In this document: piece by piece, positions 47,430 to 48,402 of the stretch
Numbering within the stretch: position 1 is the stretch's first letter
Layout of the letters: each line of letters starts with the position of its first letter
NCBI GenBank assembly: GCA_035363235.1
Contig: DAOSER010000001.1
Location: 1-48,402, forward strand
Source of the DNA: Methanoculleus sp.
GTDB lineage: Archaea > Halobacteriota > Methanomicrobia > Methanomicrobiales > Methanoculleaceae
Direction of reading: 5' to 3'
DNA: 48,402 nucleotides
Translations under genes and position numbers: made by a program
Notes under the pieces: generated by a model
What the model was told of the DNA's origin: nothing
The model's database searches: none
The model's input: the letters and a program-made list of their open reading frames with translations, nothing else

Positions 47430-47607
47430 ATGAACCGCTCGCTCATGCATGATACTTGATGAGCACAGGATAAAACCTCCGCCTCCGTGGGTACGGCCGC
47501 CCGCACCCCGGGGCGGCGGGTTGGCGCCGCGTCCGGGCAGGGTCACGGGGAGAGGCAAACGTTAAATAGCACCCTCACCCCTCTGTTGCCGAATAGGAGG
47601 TTATGAG

Positions 47608-47910
47608 ATGGCAGCATTGAGAGTCGCACCCTATGTCTGCGCTTACTCGGATGAGGACGGAGAGAACCTTCACATCGAGATCGAGTTGCCGGGCGTTGAG
47701 AAGAAGGATATTACCTTTAAAATGCAGGAGACCAGTTTCTCCATCGACGCATCCCGCGGCGACGTCCGCTACGTCGGGACCTACGCGATAGGCTGCCCGG
47801 TCGATCCCAATGCGGCGAAGGCGACCTTCAGAAACGGCCTCCTGGCCGTGGATGTCCCCTATGTCCAGCCGGTCGCGGAGGAGACGAAGGAGATCCCCAT
47901 CGCGGAGTGA
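47608..47910 (+). CDS. Hsp20/alpha-crystallin family small heat-shock protein
   Basis: [26 protein letters not shown]; SD GGAGGT; TATA-like TTAAATA at ~47562. Confidence 0.88.
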   Translation: MAALRVAPYVCAYSDEDGENLHIEIELPGVEKKDITFKMQETSFSIDASRGDVRYVGTYAIGCPVDPNAAKATFRNGLLAVDVPYVQPVAEETKEIPIAE

Positions 47911-48065
47911 AGAAGGCATCCGGCCGGGACCTCTTCACTTTTAATGCCGGGGCACCGCAAGGCGCCCTCCACCCCGGCGGTGCAAAGGCAGGTTTTTCAC
48001 CCCTCGGAGCGTCCTTTCCACCGGGAAGAGTCACCTTTATTAGCCTGCATCAGCACGTCAGGAAT

Positions 48066-48402
48066 ATGAACCCGGCACGCGGACATGACCCGGAAGCGCC
48101 AGAAGCACCGGTGCGGGAAGAATTGCCACCGAACCGGCTGATCCACGAACAGAGTCCATACCTGCTCCAGCACGCCCATAACCCCGTCGACTGGTACCCC
48201 TGGGGTGAGGAGGCGTTCTCGCGGGCGCGAGAGGAGGGCAAACCGATATTTCTCTCTATCGGCTACTCGGCCTGCCACTGGTGCCACGTCATGGAGGAAG
48301 AGTCGTTTGCAGACCCGCAGGTCGCGAAACTCTTAAACGACGTCTTCGTCTGCATCAAGGTGGACCGCGAGGAGCGGCCGGATATCGACCAGGTCTACAT
48401 GG
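48066..48402 (+). CDS. YyaL/SSP411-like thioredoxin domain-containing protein, 3'-truncated by the window (absent from the ORF track)
   Basis: Manual translation gives [29 protein letters not shown]...[17 protein letters not shown]...[16 protein letters not shown]. Confidence 0.92.
   Translation, partial: MNPARGHDPEAPEAPVREELPPNRLIHEQSPYLLQHAHNPVDWYPWGEEAFSRAREEGKPIFLSIGYSACHWCHVMEEESFADPQVAKLLNDVFVCIKVDREERPDIDQVYM

Overview
High-GC archaeal chromosome segment. Gene content (RibL, DUF61, JAMM, DHPS-like protein, four-subunit 2-oxoacid:ferredoxin oxidoreductase) is most consistent with a Methanomicrobiales methanogen such as Methanoculleus; this assignment is inferred. From left to right the window has five parts. 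(1) The end of a phosphate ABC operon: fused pstC-pstA, pstB with a 3' frameshift, and phoU. (2) A ~230-bp structured MITE-like element. (3) A run of mostly housekeeping or accessory genes from ~3 to 23 kb. (4) A ~19.5-kb surface-glycan locus (23.2-42.7 kb). It starts with GT2, wecB, wecC, GT4, a QW-repeat protein and a bi-domain oxidoreductase. An unusual tailoring module follows: a RaSEA/TIGR01210-like radical SAM enzyme, three CapK/PaaK-like adenylate-forming ligases sharing 230-300-bp identical patches, three FemAB-like GNAT paralogs (one frameshifted) and a CapA-family protein. A 20-bp motif is shared by two leaders of this locus. (5) A beta-alpha-gamma-delta oxidoreductase operon, then a complete 1559-bp TnpB-only IS200/IS605 (IS1341-type) element. 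Its exact ends, TAM (TTCAT) and guide can be read from the sequence, and it interrupts a small Zn-ribbon gene at codon 6 while supplying an in-frame TTG. hsp20 and the start of a YyaL-like gene close the window. No rRNA, tRNA or CRISPR array was seen.
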